From Paragordius varius (Eukaryota > Animalia > Nematomorpha): a stretch of 64,000 nt of DNA. The stretch covers positions 3,162,001 to 3,226,000 of the forward strand of contig OZ176050.1 of NCBI GenBank assembly GCA_964247055.1, in the 5' to 3' direction. Below are positions 24,544 through 37,800 of this stretch, piece by piece (position 1 is the stretch's first letter; each line of letters starts with the position of its first letter). Below the pieces are notes generated by a model, which worked only from the letters and a program-made list of their open reading frames with translations, ran no database searches and was not told where the DNA came from. The position numbers were made by a program, and so were the translations under genes.

Positions 24544-26012
24544 CTAGCGTAAATCTCGTGCTGCTACGCAGCCCGAGGAAGTCCTTCGGACTTCTGGGGG
24601 GAGGGGGGAATGGCATTTTACGGGGGGAGCGGGTAAAAAGAGGGCCTAAATCAAAAAAGTGACTCGACTATGTTCGGCGCAATCGAAAATAAGTAAACAA
24701 AAATCATATTTGAAATTGAATGGTCCAACACGTTCTCCGGAAAATTGTCTCAAAAACACGATTTTGTGGACTTCTGTTTTCAAAAAAACCCGTTTTTCAT
24801 ACGGGGTAGGCCCCAACTGGGGGCCTATTTCAGAAAAGGGCGAAGCTATTGTCGGGACATTTATTAATGATTATATTTTTTCGATATTTGGATTTGATTG
24901 GGTCTACCGGTTTTCGTGTACCAGATCACAAAGCCAGCATTTTCCATTTTTATAAATATATAGATTACCATAAATAATGTATTAATATCCATATATCTTT
25001 TAACATGCTATCCATATGATAGATACTCCTTACTCAGCATCTATCATCAAAGAAACGCTTGACTAAAATTTTTGCCTTTTAACAGGCAATACGAAAAATC
25101 TTTCTCGAATTTTTACAGTCTCATACCGTGGGCAAAAAAAACTATCAAAAAAATATTTTTGTGGACTTTGTTTTTTTGAAAAAAATGGCATTTTACGGGG
25201 GTAGCGGGTAAAAAGAGGGCCTAAATCAAAAAAGTGACTCGACTATGTTCAGCGCGATCAAAAATAAGTAAACAAAATTCATATTTGAAATTGAATGGTC
25301 CAACACGTTCTCCGAAAAATTGACTTAACCCATTTTTCACACGGGGTGGGCCCGAACTGGGGACCTAATTCCAAAAAAGGGCGAAGCTATTGTCGGCGCA
25401 TTCATTAATGATTATACTTTTTCGATATTTGGATTTGATTGGGTTCACCGGTTTTCCGGAAACAGATCACAAAGTTATATGAAAAATCAGTTTTTAGCGT
25501 AGCTCCTTACCCAGCAGCTATTATCAAATAAACGGTGGACTAAAATTTTTGCCTTTTAACAGGGAATACGTGGAATTTTTATTGAATTTTTACGGTCTCA
25601 TACCTAGGGAGAAAAATCGATTTAGAAAATTATTTTTGTGGACTTTGTTTTTTGAAAAAAATGGCATTTTACGGGGGGAGCGGGTAAAAAGAGGGCCTAA
25701 ATCAAAAAAGTGACTCGAATATGTTCGGCGCAATCGAAAATAAGTAAACTAAAATCATATTTGAAATTGAATGGTCCAACACGTTCTCCGGAAAATTGTC
25801 TCAAAAACACGATTTTGTGGACTTCTGTTTTCAAAAAAAACCGTTTTTCATACGGGGTGGGCCCGAACTGGGGGCCTATTTCAAAAAAAGGGCGAAGCTA
25901 TTGTCGGAACATTTATTAATGATTTTTTTCGATATTTGGATTTGATTGGGTCTACCGGTTTTCCTGTACCAGATCACAAAGCCAGCATTTTCCATTTTTA
26001 TAAATATATAGA
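24544..26012 (-). mobile_element. Composite non-autonomous Helitron with three tandem 5' modules and one 3' end
   Basis: 5' A|TC at 26012, internal TC-type terminus at 24964, hairpin plus CTAG|T at 24544; repeated module (anchor AATGGCATTTTACGGGG at 24609, 25184, 25660). Confidence 0.88.
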
Positions 26013-26144
26013 TTTGCTGATATTACATTATATCATTCTAAAACTCTCGTATTTATCATCGAATATATGAATTTGCATTTGAGGTATTTTTGACTGATTT
26101 TGACTGCATTCCTACGTAGTCAATGATATTACATTTTAACCGGT

Positions 26145-27649
26145 TGTTATGCAAATCTGAAAGATATACTTTATTTTTATATCATATTTTTCTGTGTTAT
26201 ATGCAAATGTGAAATACATACCTTGGTTATATATCATAACTTTACCGTTATTTGAATTGTATTATTTTTTATATTTTTTGTGTTATATGTAGATATATAA
26301 CCTTTGTTACTTGAAACTTTATTGATATAATGCAAATCATGGACAATCAAAATTGCTATATAAACACCCTAAAAAACCAAATAAATTCAGTTCATTCCAC
26401 ATTTCTTATATTATCTCCTCATCTTTAAAAGATAACAACTGGTGGCAATTCGAGGAGCGAACTAATCTAACAACTAATCTAACACAACAGTGGAACCTCC
26501 GGGTTCCAAACTCGGATGGGGAGTTAGAGTCCAAAGTTCCACAACCATGACAATGTCAATTGCCAATATTACCAGCATGTCCAGTAAAAAATTTAATGAT
26601 AATACCAATTAGAACAATGGTAATAATTTTTCGATCACAACAATCAACCTCTGACACATTCGCGCAAGGGTTATGGGAGTGTTCATGGGCCAAACAAATG
26701 TCCCGCCTGCAACCGCAATTGCAAATGCGGAAAACCCAACCACTTCGCTAATGTAGATCAAACTGCCAAAAAAATGTTCAACCGCCATTGCACTGAAAGC
26801 GAACGGGCTAATAATCTATAGCAACTTTGAAATCATTATCAACAAATGGCTGGGGAGGACTCCCACATCATTCAACAATTGATGGATGGGTAAGTAAGAT
26901 TGGCGCGGACAAACTTGTAATAAGATTGATCGGTAAGACGCCTACCTCCCCAGGCCGAGTTAAAGCTACACCTCGACGATTTCAACAATAAGAGGATGTG
27001 TCAGTTACAAAAGGACACTGTTTAGATTCGTTACAGCGCCCATAGTATATCAGTGCGCCTGGACCAGTTTCAAAGGAATGGTCTAGGGTGGCAGGCAGAG
27101 ATCAAATGAAACACGTCGACACACATAACATAGAATGTTATCTTTCAAACTAAGATTCGTCGACACACCCACGATACCGGTCACTCAAACAATAGTAATG
27201 ATAGTGATCACGACAATAACACTAATATTAATGGTAACATTATTGATAATAATAACATAATAGCAATAATGACAATATCAATGAAAATCCGCACGAGCGT
27301 CGTTACCCCGAGAGAATTCGGCGGAAGCCGGTCGGGTTCTCTTAAGGGGGAAGTGATGTTATGCAAATCTGAAAGATATACTTTATTTTTATATCATATT
27401 TTTCTGTGTTATATGCAAATGTGAAATACATACCTTGGTTATATATCATAACTTTCACCGTTATTTGAATTGTATTATTTTTTATATTTTTTGTGTTATA
27501 TGTAGATATATAACCTTTGTTACTTGAAACTTTATTGATATAATGCAAATCATGGACAATCAAAATTGCTATATAAACACCCTAAAAAACCAAATAAATT
27601 CAGTTCATTTCACATTTATTATATTATCCCTTTATCTTAAAAGATAACA
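26145..27649 (+). mobile_element. Internally deleted Gypsy-derived LTR retrotransposon (TRIM-like), both LTRs intact
   Basis: 293-bp LTRs 26145-26437 and 27357-27649 (TGTTAT...ATAACA, ~7 differences); 5-bp TSD CCGGT; PBS-like TGGTGGCA at 26440; PPT AAGGGGGAAGTGA at 27344-27356; internal gag knuckle remnant GSVHGPNKCPACNRNCKCGKPNHFANV and faint RT-like fragments. Confidence 0.93.
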
Positions 27650-28932
27650 CCGGTCAAACAATCAACTCTAGGCATTATCATTGATTTGGCCTATTTTATA
27701 CAAACCAAAAAAAAACAAATGCGATTGTGTATATTAGGAGCTAGCACGTTGCGACTCCGCTTTCTCATAGATAAGCGTTTCCCATATTAAATGATCATGA
27801 GACTCCTAAATTATTTGAATGGTTTAGGTTTGTAACTGATTTAAGGATATTAAACCACCGCTTTTTGGGGCAGCCTTTATTGCAGATATCATCGATCAGT
27901 TCAAAAGTAATGTTTTGTCCACTGAAGCAGATCGTAGAATATGACCAAATATTTTAGACTGAACATTATTAGATCAATTGTAAATAAAATAGTTAATTAT
28001 GGCGGCAAAATACGGGCCGAAAGAAATATTTTTTGAGCAAGGGGCGTACATTATATAACATTTATCAATATTGCAGACACACGTGTTTATATGTTAATAA
28101 TCTAAATCAATATACCAAAGTGCGATCGCATACAAATCGCACTTAAAAAAATAAACCATACCAAAACTACTGAAAAATTAGTTAGTTGAAGCTTGCTTTA
28201 ATGCCAACAATGTCACACCTCCACAAAAATGCACATTAGAAAACTTTATAAACAACAGACTCAATTATTTGGGCTGGGAGCGATGAAAATTTTCGTTGGA
28301 ACCAACCACTAAGAAAGCCCGACGCACACCTGAAACGACAGCATTAAACATAACAAAAGAACACTAAACCTAACCAAATGTTTAGAAAAAGCTGAATGGA
28401 ATAAGGTAATTTGTTGCAAACTTTGAACATAAATATAATAAAAAAATACAGTGATTCAAAATTACAAAGACCAAGCATACAAATACACTTAAAATTTTTA
28501 ATTAAAACAATGTTTTTCAATCCTCAATTTTGTCTATGATAATTTGTAGATAACTCTTGGTTTTACCAAACACTGTTTAATTACTTAGACAGGTCATCAT
28601 TTTAGTGAAGGGTAGACTGGTAATATTATATAACTCCGATAAACGGGATTTGCAATTTAACACATGGCTCATTTCTATTTATACTGCATAAATCGTTATT
28701 AAATATCATAATCCACATGCTTTAGTAACTATTATTACCACTGTGTGCAGTTATAAATAAATACTTAAAAATCGATTTTTATTTGACAAATATTGTTAAA
28801 AAACATTTAAAAATATAACATTGGAATGGATTGGGTGGTTTTTAAACGCAAAAGTAAATATGCATATCACTATCATTAATAAAAAATTGTTTACATTATT
28901 TTTGTTATTCAAATTGTTTAATTACAATAATA

Positions 28933-31900
28933 ATGAAGCTTGAATGGGCCTTTTTGTATATAATATTCGCCCTGTTTTTGGCGAAAAGCTTTGGCGCTTA
29001 TGTGGTAAATATTTTAATTTAAAATATAAGCCTATGCCAACTATTGTTCCTGCCCCAGATGCTGACCCACAAAAAGATGCTATGCTATTGAGGAAAGCTT
29101 TAGCTGGATTCGGTATGTAAACCTATTCACTATATTTAAAAAATAATTATTATTATTATTATTAAATATTGCTAAACTTTTAAAATTGGGGGTATTATTT
29201 TTTAAATATCTACTTCTGAATGGTATGAGTTGGCAAAAGTCTTACTACATCAGTATTATATATCATATCACACTTGGTTGAATCTCTATATCAGCACTGA
29301 AATCCGGTCAAAAAATAATTTTTTTGTATTAATCCGCATGACTAGTCGTCTCTCTAAGAAACTACAAGTCTGTGAAATACATTTGTTGAATTCTTTGTAA
29401 TGTTTCTTCCGTATCCATTATGTATCAAGGCTCGTTTAAATGGATTACATATTCAAAATCTCCCAAAATCACAAATTATAAACTCACATGTCTCCGGCTT
29501 AAAAATTTGTTTCAATGCTAAAATCATGGATTTTGACACCATTATATGTTTTATTTTCTAAAATAGCACGACAACTTACAAATCAAGTAGGTATCCTATG
29601 AATGTTTCAAAGTGTTCTTAGATCTATCCATAAAATTTGGTTAAACAATTTTTTAAATTAAATTATGTTATAATTCATCTACAATTATAAAAATAGCCTT
29701 AATAATACGCATATCAAATTTTATTTATAATTCGAATATAAAATTTATTTATTTGCTTTTATGAATAAATAGACTAGTTTCGGAACTCCAAATGGTGTTC
29801 CGTTGAGAAATTTTAAAACATAATTAAAAATTGAGTCTAGGTGTTTCACTTGTAAAATCTAATTAAAACGTGCTTTTCCAATTGGGCTAATTGTACCCAT
29901 CCTCTTGATGAAAGTAAGCGGAGTGCCGCTTCATAATAATTACACATTCTCGAAATGCATTAGTTTATTAAAATTGTTATGGGATGTTATTACCGAAATT
30001 TATGTAATAATACAAATAAGTGACTTGTGCTGACTTTTATCATTTATTTTTAAAATTATTAATATTAAAGCAATATATTAGTATTTTTGCACCTTCATCG
30101 CTTTGAATTTTTTATAAAAAAGGCTGCTTGCGAAGATTAAAGTTTGACCACTATAGTGACTCAAGAAAATATCAAACAATAAGATTTATCATGTTACATC
30201 ACAAAAATTAACTATATAAAATTTGCGATGTTTAAATATTATTTGTGCTGTTTAAACCAAGGTAAAATAACGTGTTCATGCTCAATACAAAAGTGATACA
30301 ATAGTTTAATTCAAATACTAGATTTGTCTATAAAAGATAACAATAGTTTAATTCAAATACTAGATTTGTCTATAAAAGATAATCTACATATTTCCTTATC
30401 CGAAGTTTTCTGGTTCTTTCTCTATTGTCTTTTCAGCCATTTCGACCTTGGAAAGTTTATCGTTCTCCTTTCCTTTGTTATGTTACCCCCTCTTCCCGAT
30501 TATTGGTTGCAATATTAAACTCATCAGTTTGGTTTATCGTTGGACCAAAATCATACCCCGCTTCATTCTTCGCGACGCCGGCGTGATTAATCCTCATGTT
30601 TTCAAAGCGTTTGTATGCCATCTTTTACCGGCGAGAGCCCCTGTTCTCTCCAAAATTGAACCTTTTCTATACCCCGTATTGATTTCATTCTTTATGTACA
30701 CCTCTTCGTCCGGTGTGAAAATTTAATTAAGTATGATGTCTTCATCTAATTGTTGCAAGGGTGTTTTTTAACCCAGGATAAAGGGGTAGCGAAAGATTCC
30801 CAGCTCGAGATAGAAAGGGAAATGACAATAGAAAAAGAAACAGAAAGAAGATATTTGCTCGGGGGAAAAGCACTGGATCGGCTTGATTCAGATAAGGGGA
30901 TATGATAGATTTGAACACATCATTTAAAACTTGGTATGGACAAATTTAAATGTCAGATTTAAATATATTTATAACTGATAATTTGTTGAAATATCGTGGG
31001 CAGAAGAAGTTATTAATGGAAGTCTCCTAAATTGGAAAAGATTCGTATGCGAAGTAGACGTGAGTAAATTTGATAATCATGGTGGATGGAGATTTGCTAG
31101 TAGGCCTCTTTAAGATTCAGGGTAGTAAAATTTTCTCTGCCCAACTGATCAAAGTTGGACAATGATCGACTGAAACCAAACATGGGTTAAATGTAACTCA
31201 AAAATCCCCACATATGCGATCATTTTTTCTTAACTATCACCAACGGAGTTACCCAGTCGATTCGCGTTTTCGAGGAGGTAATGGCTTCAATGATACCCAG
31301 ACTCTCGAGCCTTTTTAATTCAGCGATGGGCACCCTACGTGCAAATGTTTTTGGGATGCTACCCTTTTTCAAAACAACTTGATGGGTGGTCCTGTATAAC
31401 ACCCAATACCCTCACCAAACAAATATTTTAATATCTTCATCCACACAATAAACTTTTCACATAGACTATCCGGGAATCTACATTAGAAACTTTTTTTTTC
31501 CATAGTAACCCAATGTTACCCCAATCCTCATTTTAACAACACACTATAGCTGATTGGCCATTTGTTACTTTCACATCTACCACGCTTTTCCCCATCATTT
31601 CCACGCCTTGAGGATTGATCCCCACTATTGGACCCGCAGGTGTTAAAGTCGGCCTCCCAATCTCCTGCCAGGTGCTTTTCCCTCATATTTGAGCTCCGGT
31701 ATCATACACCATCCTCACCCAATGGCCATTCAGAATTGCTTGCGTGTGGGCCTCATTATTATTATTGTTACCATTCGCTATATTAAATCGCCGGCAACAC
31801 CTGCCAAAGGACCTCGTCCTTTGCATCGGTATTTCTTGAAGCGGACCAGTTGATCGCATGGACATACCCGCATTTTCCGCACTTCTTTTTTATCATCATC

Positions 31901-33001
31901 TCCTGCCTATTATCGGAACCCTTCAATCAAACAACTATCCCCCCACATACGCCATCGCCATTTCCACCACCATTTCCAACGTGACCGTTTACCGTCAAAC
32001 ATTGCAACCGGAAATTTCGTAAACAGAACCATCTCTGATTCTTAACATTGCATCTTCCCCAGAGTTGCACCTGGCCGCACATTCCTTTACCCGAATCAAA
32101 TAATCTATCACTGATTCCGTGGCTTCCCTGCCTATGTGTAACTTAGAATATTGCTGCGAACACATTGTATGTGGGCGCGAATATTTTTTTTCCAGCTGCC
32201 ATCAAAGCATCTACTTCACTTCCTCTAATTGTACAGAAAACAAACTATTTAACTTTGTAATATGGTTAAGACCAATGGCCAATAACAAATTTTTCTTATA
32301 TCATCGTTTGCTTCCATCAATTTGACTTTTAACATTATATTTACATAATCGATATAGTCAAAGCTAGTTGCGAGATTATATTCTTTCCCCATTTAATATT
32401 TCCATGCACGAATGTAGTGTAATAAAGAAAACCACGCCAAATATGGTGACTCGAGAAATTATAAAAAATAAAATTTAATAAGACCACCTTAATTTATTGA
32501 TACATGCATATAGCGTTTTTATGATGTATCTTTATCATGTGCGCACAATTATATATTTTTAATAATAATATTTAACATTCTTTCAGGCACCAACATTGAT
32601 TCATTGGTTAAAATTATTGGGAGTCGGACCAATTTTCAGCGAATACAAGCTGGCGAAGTATACAAACAAAAATACGGACGGGTACGAAAACTTATTATAT
32701 TTGTTTTTGGATATTTCGATTTTTTATATATCATGTTAATTATAAATTATTTATAATTACGGGTATTCACTCATTATTTTGATATAATATAAACTAAAAT
32801 AATTTTGTTATTAAATATACCACATTACAGGATCTATTGAAGCACATTAAAAGTGATACAAATAGAAAATTTGAGAAGATGATGGTGGCTTTGATTACAC
32901 CTGCAGCTGAGTATGATGCAGATCTTGTGCGCGAATCTGTCAAAGTATTTTACAAAATGTTTAGTTAACCTTAAATTTAATTCTAAACGATAGATAATAA
33001 T

Positions 33002-33055
<54 letters not shown>

Positions 33056-34822
33056 ATATTAAGGGCTTTGGAACAGATCTTGATACGTTGATGGAAATTT
33101 TATTTACTAGAAGTCCTCGACAACTTAAAGCCATGGCTGCCGCTTACCAACGAAGTATAACAACGATATACGATAAAATATATATTTTTTATTATTCAAT
33201 TATAGTAAAATTTAAATTATGAAGACAAACCTTAAAAAGTAAAATGATTGTTTTTATTTCTAATCATTACAAAAATATAAAATTGAGTATGCTATCATCT
33301 AATTATTTTCTTAATGCATTATTTGTTATACACAAAAGGTTATAAAAATATGTTTTTTTCATGAAATTTACTTTCACGTTTTGTATTTTAAATTTCAATT
33401 TTAATCTTGTTAACATAAACATTTTGCATTTATTTTGACATACAGAATACAGGAGAGATATGATACGTGATATTAAAAGAGACACGAGCGGTAAAGTTGA
33501 AGATTTATTGGCTGAGATTGCAAAAGTAATTTTATATTTATATATCATCAATATAAACTCTTAATCTCCTAAATTTATTATAATTTTTTAAGGGAAATAG
33601 AGATCCATCGGATACATTGGATCCCAACGCAGCCGCCGCAGCTGCCAAAGTATATTTTTCATATGTTGTCTCAACTTTTAACAATATTTTTAAGTATAGA
33701 AGATTTTTCCAACTTTATTATTCGGAAAATTGATCCCATATGTATTTTCCTGAAGTTTTAAATTTTATTTTTTGACTAGAGCATTGGTTCCCAACCTTTT
33801 TTTGTCCACGCCTTACCAAACTGAAAAAAATATTCCTAGGTCCGCCCCCTTCTTCTCCCCAAAAAACAAAGATAAAAATGCAAAATTATATATAATATTA
33901 TAAACATCTTAACCAAGATCATTGTATATGTTTCCATATCGGGGATTCTGATAATTAGTATCTGAAACCCTCATTAACCAATTTTTTGCTTCCTCCTCCC
34001 CCCTCCCCTAGTATCTTCGCCCCCCTTTTGGTATACTGGACTAGAGGATTAGTTACGAATTATTTTCTACATGATTTTCCATTTATATATTTGACAGAAA
34101 TTGAGCAGTGGAGTCATATCAAATTATTTGGGTGCTTATAATGCGGATCTTATTAAAATACTTACAACCTGGAATTATAATCAACTACGGTTATTTTTTG
34201 AACAGTATCAACGGGTTAATCGTCGAAGTTTAGAACAAGATATTCTCAAGTACAGTCATGGCGAGACAAAAAAAGCTCTCCTTGCATATGGTATATAAAT
34301 TATTGCGGACGAAAATATATCTAACCATTTGAAAAAAAAATATTTTTTAAATAGCCATTAAATATTATTAGGTTCAAATTATTTTTATTAGCGATATATA
34401 CTCATTTTTTAGTATAATTTTAAACATTCGCCAAAAACAATTTTGACTTTATTAGTGAAATGTGTTCAAAATCCTGCCTTATTTTTTGCTGAACGTATTC
34501 ACCACGCAATCAAAGGATTCGGTACAAAGGATAAAGATTTGATCAGAATTTTCGCAACACGTACTGAAGTGGATATGGGAACTATTAAATCTGAATACTT
34601 CAACAAATACAATAAGCCAATGGAAAAAGAGATTAGAGTAAATATCTTATCTTTGAATTACTAAATAATTAAGAATATCTAATATATTTAATATTTGCAA
34701 CCTTCATATTTTATATTTTTTAGGGTGACGTGTCTGGTAAATTTCAAAAGATTTTGTTAGCCCTTTTGTGGGGAAATCTTCGTCCAATTACAGCTCAAGA
34801 CTTAAGATATCAACAACCATAA
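28933..34822 (+). CDS. Annexin (paralog 1), 10 exons, 354 aa, with predicted N-terminal signal peptide
   Basis: Exons 28933-29004, 29031-29112, 32587-32681, 32831-32944, 33064-33154, 33446-33525, 33593-33649, 34098-34290, 34456-34637, 34724-34822, all GT..AG and phase-consistent. Four annexin repeats; GxGT...D sites in repeats 1, 2 and 4 (LAGFGTN, VKGFGTD, IKGFGTK; SDTN, RDTSG, GDVSG). Leader MKLEWAFLYIIFALFLAKSFGAYV is less certain than the core. Confidence 0.92.
30230..32450 (-). mobile_element. Degenerate Gypsy (Mag-like) LTR retrotransposon in annexin intron 2
   Basis: Minus-strand remnants in gag-pro-RT-IN order: ESVIDYLIRVKECAARCNSG, CGKCGYVH knuckle, VYDTGAQI protease, ARRVPIAELKRLESLGIIEAI...WVTPLVIVKK RT, FTPDEEVYIKN...RWHTNALK post-integrase. 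Many frameshifts; 5' LTR not found and boundaries approximate. Confidence 0.8.
30292..30380. repeat. Short tandem duplication (~39 bp x2)
   Basis: ACAATAGTTTAATTCAAATACTAGATTTGTCTATAAAAGATA occurs twice head to tail. Confidence 0.8.
33004..33052. repeat. (TA)n microsatellite (others near 6030-6075, 14536-14561, 15460-15493, 40372-40394, 41073-41098, 43135-43162)
   Basis: Long TA dinucleotide run directly visible. Confidence 0.9.
33782..34038. mobile_element. hAT-type MITE in annexin intron 7
   Basis: CATTGGTTCCCAACC...TTGGTATACTG termini with identical 8-bp TSD GACTAGAG (33774-33781 and 34039-34046). Confidence 0.85.
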
Positions 34823-37800
34823 ATGTTCTTTTTGCGATGCATTGCAAATTTTGTAAATCACAAATTTATATATAAATTGGTTATTTTAAAATTAAAACTT
34901 TATTAGATCAAACAATAGTCAATTTAAATCAATAAATATAACTTGAATCACATATATTTTATATATAACCATGTAAAATACGATCCCAGGCAATCATTCA
35001 ATATTTATGTAAATTGTTTAGATGAACGCGATAATATTATAACAAATAATACAAAAAATGTTTATCATGGTGTCTGAATAATGGCTGCTAATGTAATATC
35101 AACCAACTAAATATAGATATTGTAAATTTATCATAGAATTTCACTTATTTTTTCTTTAACATTTTATGCTTCTGCAGGGCCTACAAAATTATGTCATTGT
35201 AAAACTATAGAAGCGACAGAAACGTGTACATTTAACAAACCAACTAAGATTACAAGAAAATCCGTAAAAGTATTATGAGTACGGTTGTGCTGATATGACC
35301 AGGTCAATGACTATTTATTTTTGGACCACGGTCATTAAAAAAACAGCTGTTTTTTGTGTTGGTAAATTTTTTTGGAAGAGAAATAGTAAGATTTTATTGT
35401 TTTTTAATATATTTTTAAAAAAATTTTAATTAAATATTTAATATGCTTATTTAATAATATAAAAATGTTAAACATGCATCGTTATAAGATTAGCATTTAT
35501 GCATATAAAAAATCAAGCACTTTGCAAAATAAGCAATTATTCCATAGAACCAATAAAATAAAAAAACATTTTATAATTGGAAATTACAATGATGAAAGAA
35601 AGTGTAAAACAAACTTGAAAATTTTATTTGCAATATCCAGTATTAAAAGCTGTGTATTTGAAGGTTTAGAAAGCCACAAACATGTGGCAAAATTCATTTG
35701 AAAACAAAAGTCTTTTAAATTTGATTGAAAATATTTGTAAATAATTACAAAAAAAAATGTATAATATAAGAAAAACATGACATTAGTGAAATAATGCCGT
35801 AAGAACATTATTTTCACATGATATTTACTTAAGTAAAAAGTGGTCACGACCATGGTCTGACTGGGTCTGATTGGACTTTTTTGAAAATGCAGTTAAATGC
35901 ACAACCCTAATTGTGAGGCAATGCACGAAATCGGAAGAGGGGATTAAAAAATATAATAAAACACATCATAAATAAAATCAAGATTTTATGTTACTTTTAG
36001 TTTTGTGCTTATTATTTAAGAAATATTACGCTTGCCTGCTGATTGCCTCCTATTGAAAAATACTAATATTAATGCACACTGTGAATAAAAAAAATTTGTT
36101 GATATTCATTAGCCACATTTAAAAATTAAAGCTACAATATATACATTAAATTTTCATTTTTTTAGATCAGAGCTCCGAAAGTCCCAAATATTTTGACCTT
36201 TGAAATAAATTTATTTTGAATCAAAATGCTGACGCGCTAAAAAATTTAAATGAATATTTTGCTATAAGCGTTTTGACGATTAATTAAAAGCATGATGGAA
36301 AAGGTGTATAATAACACTGTTAGGTAATATAAAAGCATTTTTGTATATTGATTATTCTATAAAATTTAATCATCTCAGATTTTTGATTTGTGTTTAACGC
36401 AAAAAATAAATTAGGACCACCGCCTTTTCCCGCAACGCTCGCTTTATAGTCCATGATCCTGACATTGTTTCCATGATGTTTAATATTTAAAGAGCCTCAT
36501 CATTGTAGGAAAGTTTGAAACAATATATGAACGCATCGCGATGCTAAATCTAAAATATTATACAGATTATAAATTGATTATTTTTCTTTAAAAGATTAAC
36601 TTTTAAGTTACAAGTATATAATATGTAACATTTTATTGCTTATAAAAATAACAAAGGTATTATTTATATATATAATTGGAATTTTGGCAAAATAGCGTTG
36701 GGCTCTTAAAAGTCAGACAGCAGGAAAATATTTTCACCCAATAAATTGTATTGAATCATTATTTGCATAAATTATCATTTTTTAGTGATGGGTTTTTTTC
36801 CATTTTAAATGATAGTTGTTTGGATATTTATTTATGAAAACGCTTTTAGGTCTCTTGGGTATCATATTTTTATCCTTTATTATTTTATATATTAATGGTT
36901 TAAATTAATACTTGTAGTATCATTTTAATTAATTTTTATGTTCGTTTTTTGAAACTCAGATATATATATCAAAATGTGTACAGTACAGATATTAAACAGA
37001 ATCATTACCAAGCAAAGATATAATATTGATTGATACTTGTAAAAAAAATGATTAAACACTATTGTAAGGATGATGTCTGAAGAGGCCCACAGATCATTAA
37101 TTTTGTAATAAAACGCAAATATTTATTTTATATAATCAAATTATTTATACATCTACAACATAGTAAGCTAGCTATACACTAAATCATTCAAAAAAAAGTA
37201 TTATAAATGAAAAATGGTTAATTTATAGCTGACTCTTTTTGTTAGCTTTCAAGAAGCTTACATAAATATATTCGCATATAAAACATGAAATTTCCATAAT
37301 TCCACAATATTCCCTTGGGGACGGGTGCCTGAAAGAGGGCAAAATTTAGCGTGTGTCTTCGTAAGTTGTTGTTTTTATTTCTTAAGCTACTAAATGTTAG
37401 CGTGGCGTCTATGCTTAATACCATTATTATTAATAAAATATTCTATCAGTTTTTTTATATTTAGGGAATATTTATATTCCACACTACTTTATATTTCATG
37501 TGACTTTATTCACTATTGTTTCAAAACCAAATTCATACACGAGTGATATTTAAGGATAATTATTTAGAGAATTTGAAATCAGTTATTTAGAATTATAAAC
37601 TTATCCATATGTTTTAAACATATTTTAAGCCTTTCGTTTCGCAAAGTAAATATTTAAATTTTGAATAATTTACGATGTTAAAAAATATAGCATGTACTAA
37701 CCTGAAGGTAATCTATAATATCACTTCAGTTAAAAAACACATTATAAAAAATATTATTTTGATAATGATACTAATCAGAATGAAAGTTATGGGCTTTTAT

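Larger units (their letters stand above)
23889..26041 (-). mobile_element. 5'-truncated Penelope-like retroelement with inverted pseudo-LTR, interrupted by a Helitron
   Basis: GIY-YIG endonuclease 3' fragment between inverted arms (left ~23911-24087; right ~24400-24543 plus 26013-26044); 12-bp direct repeat AACTCTCGTATT at 23877-23888 and 26042-26053 (TSD). Confidence 0.85.

Noticed and set aside
27700-28420. Possible decayed transposase in a moderately GC-rich stretch
   Set aside because: No recognisable motif, TIR or TSD found by eye.
35175-35365. Possible exon downstream of annexin 1 (GPTKLCHCK...)
   Set aside because: Frames close quickly; no recognisable motif or consistent partner exons.
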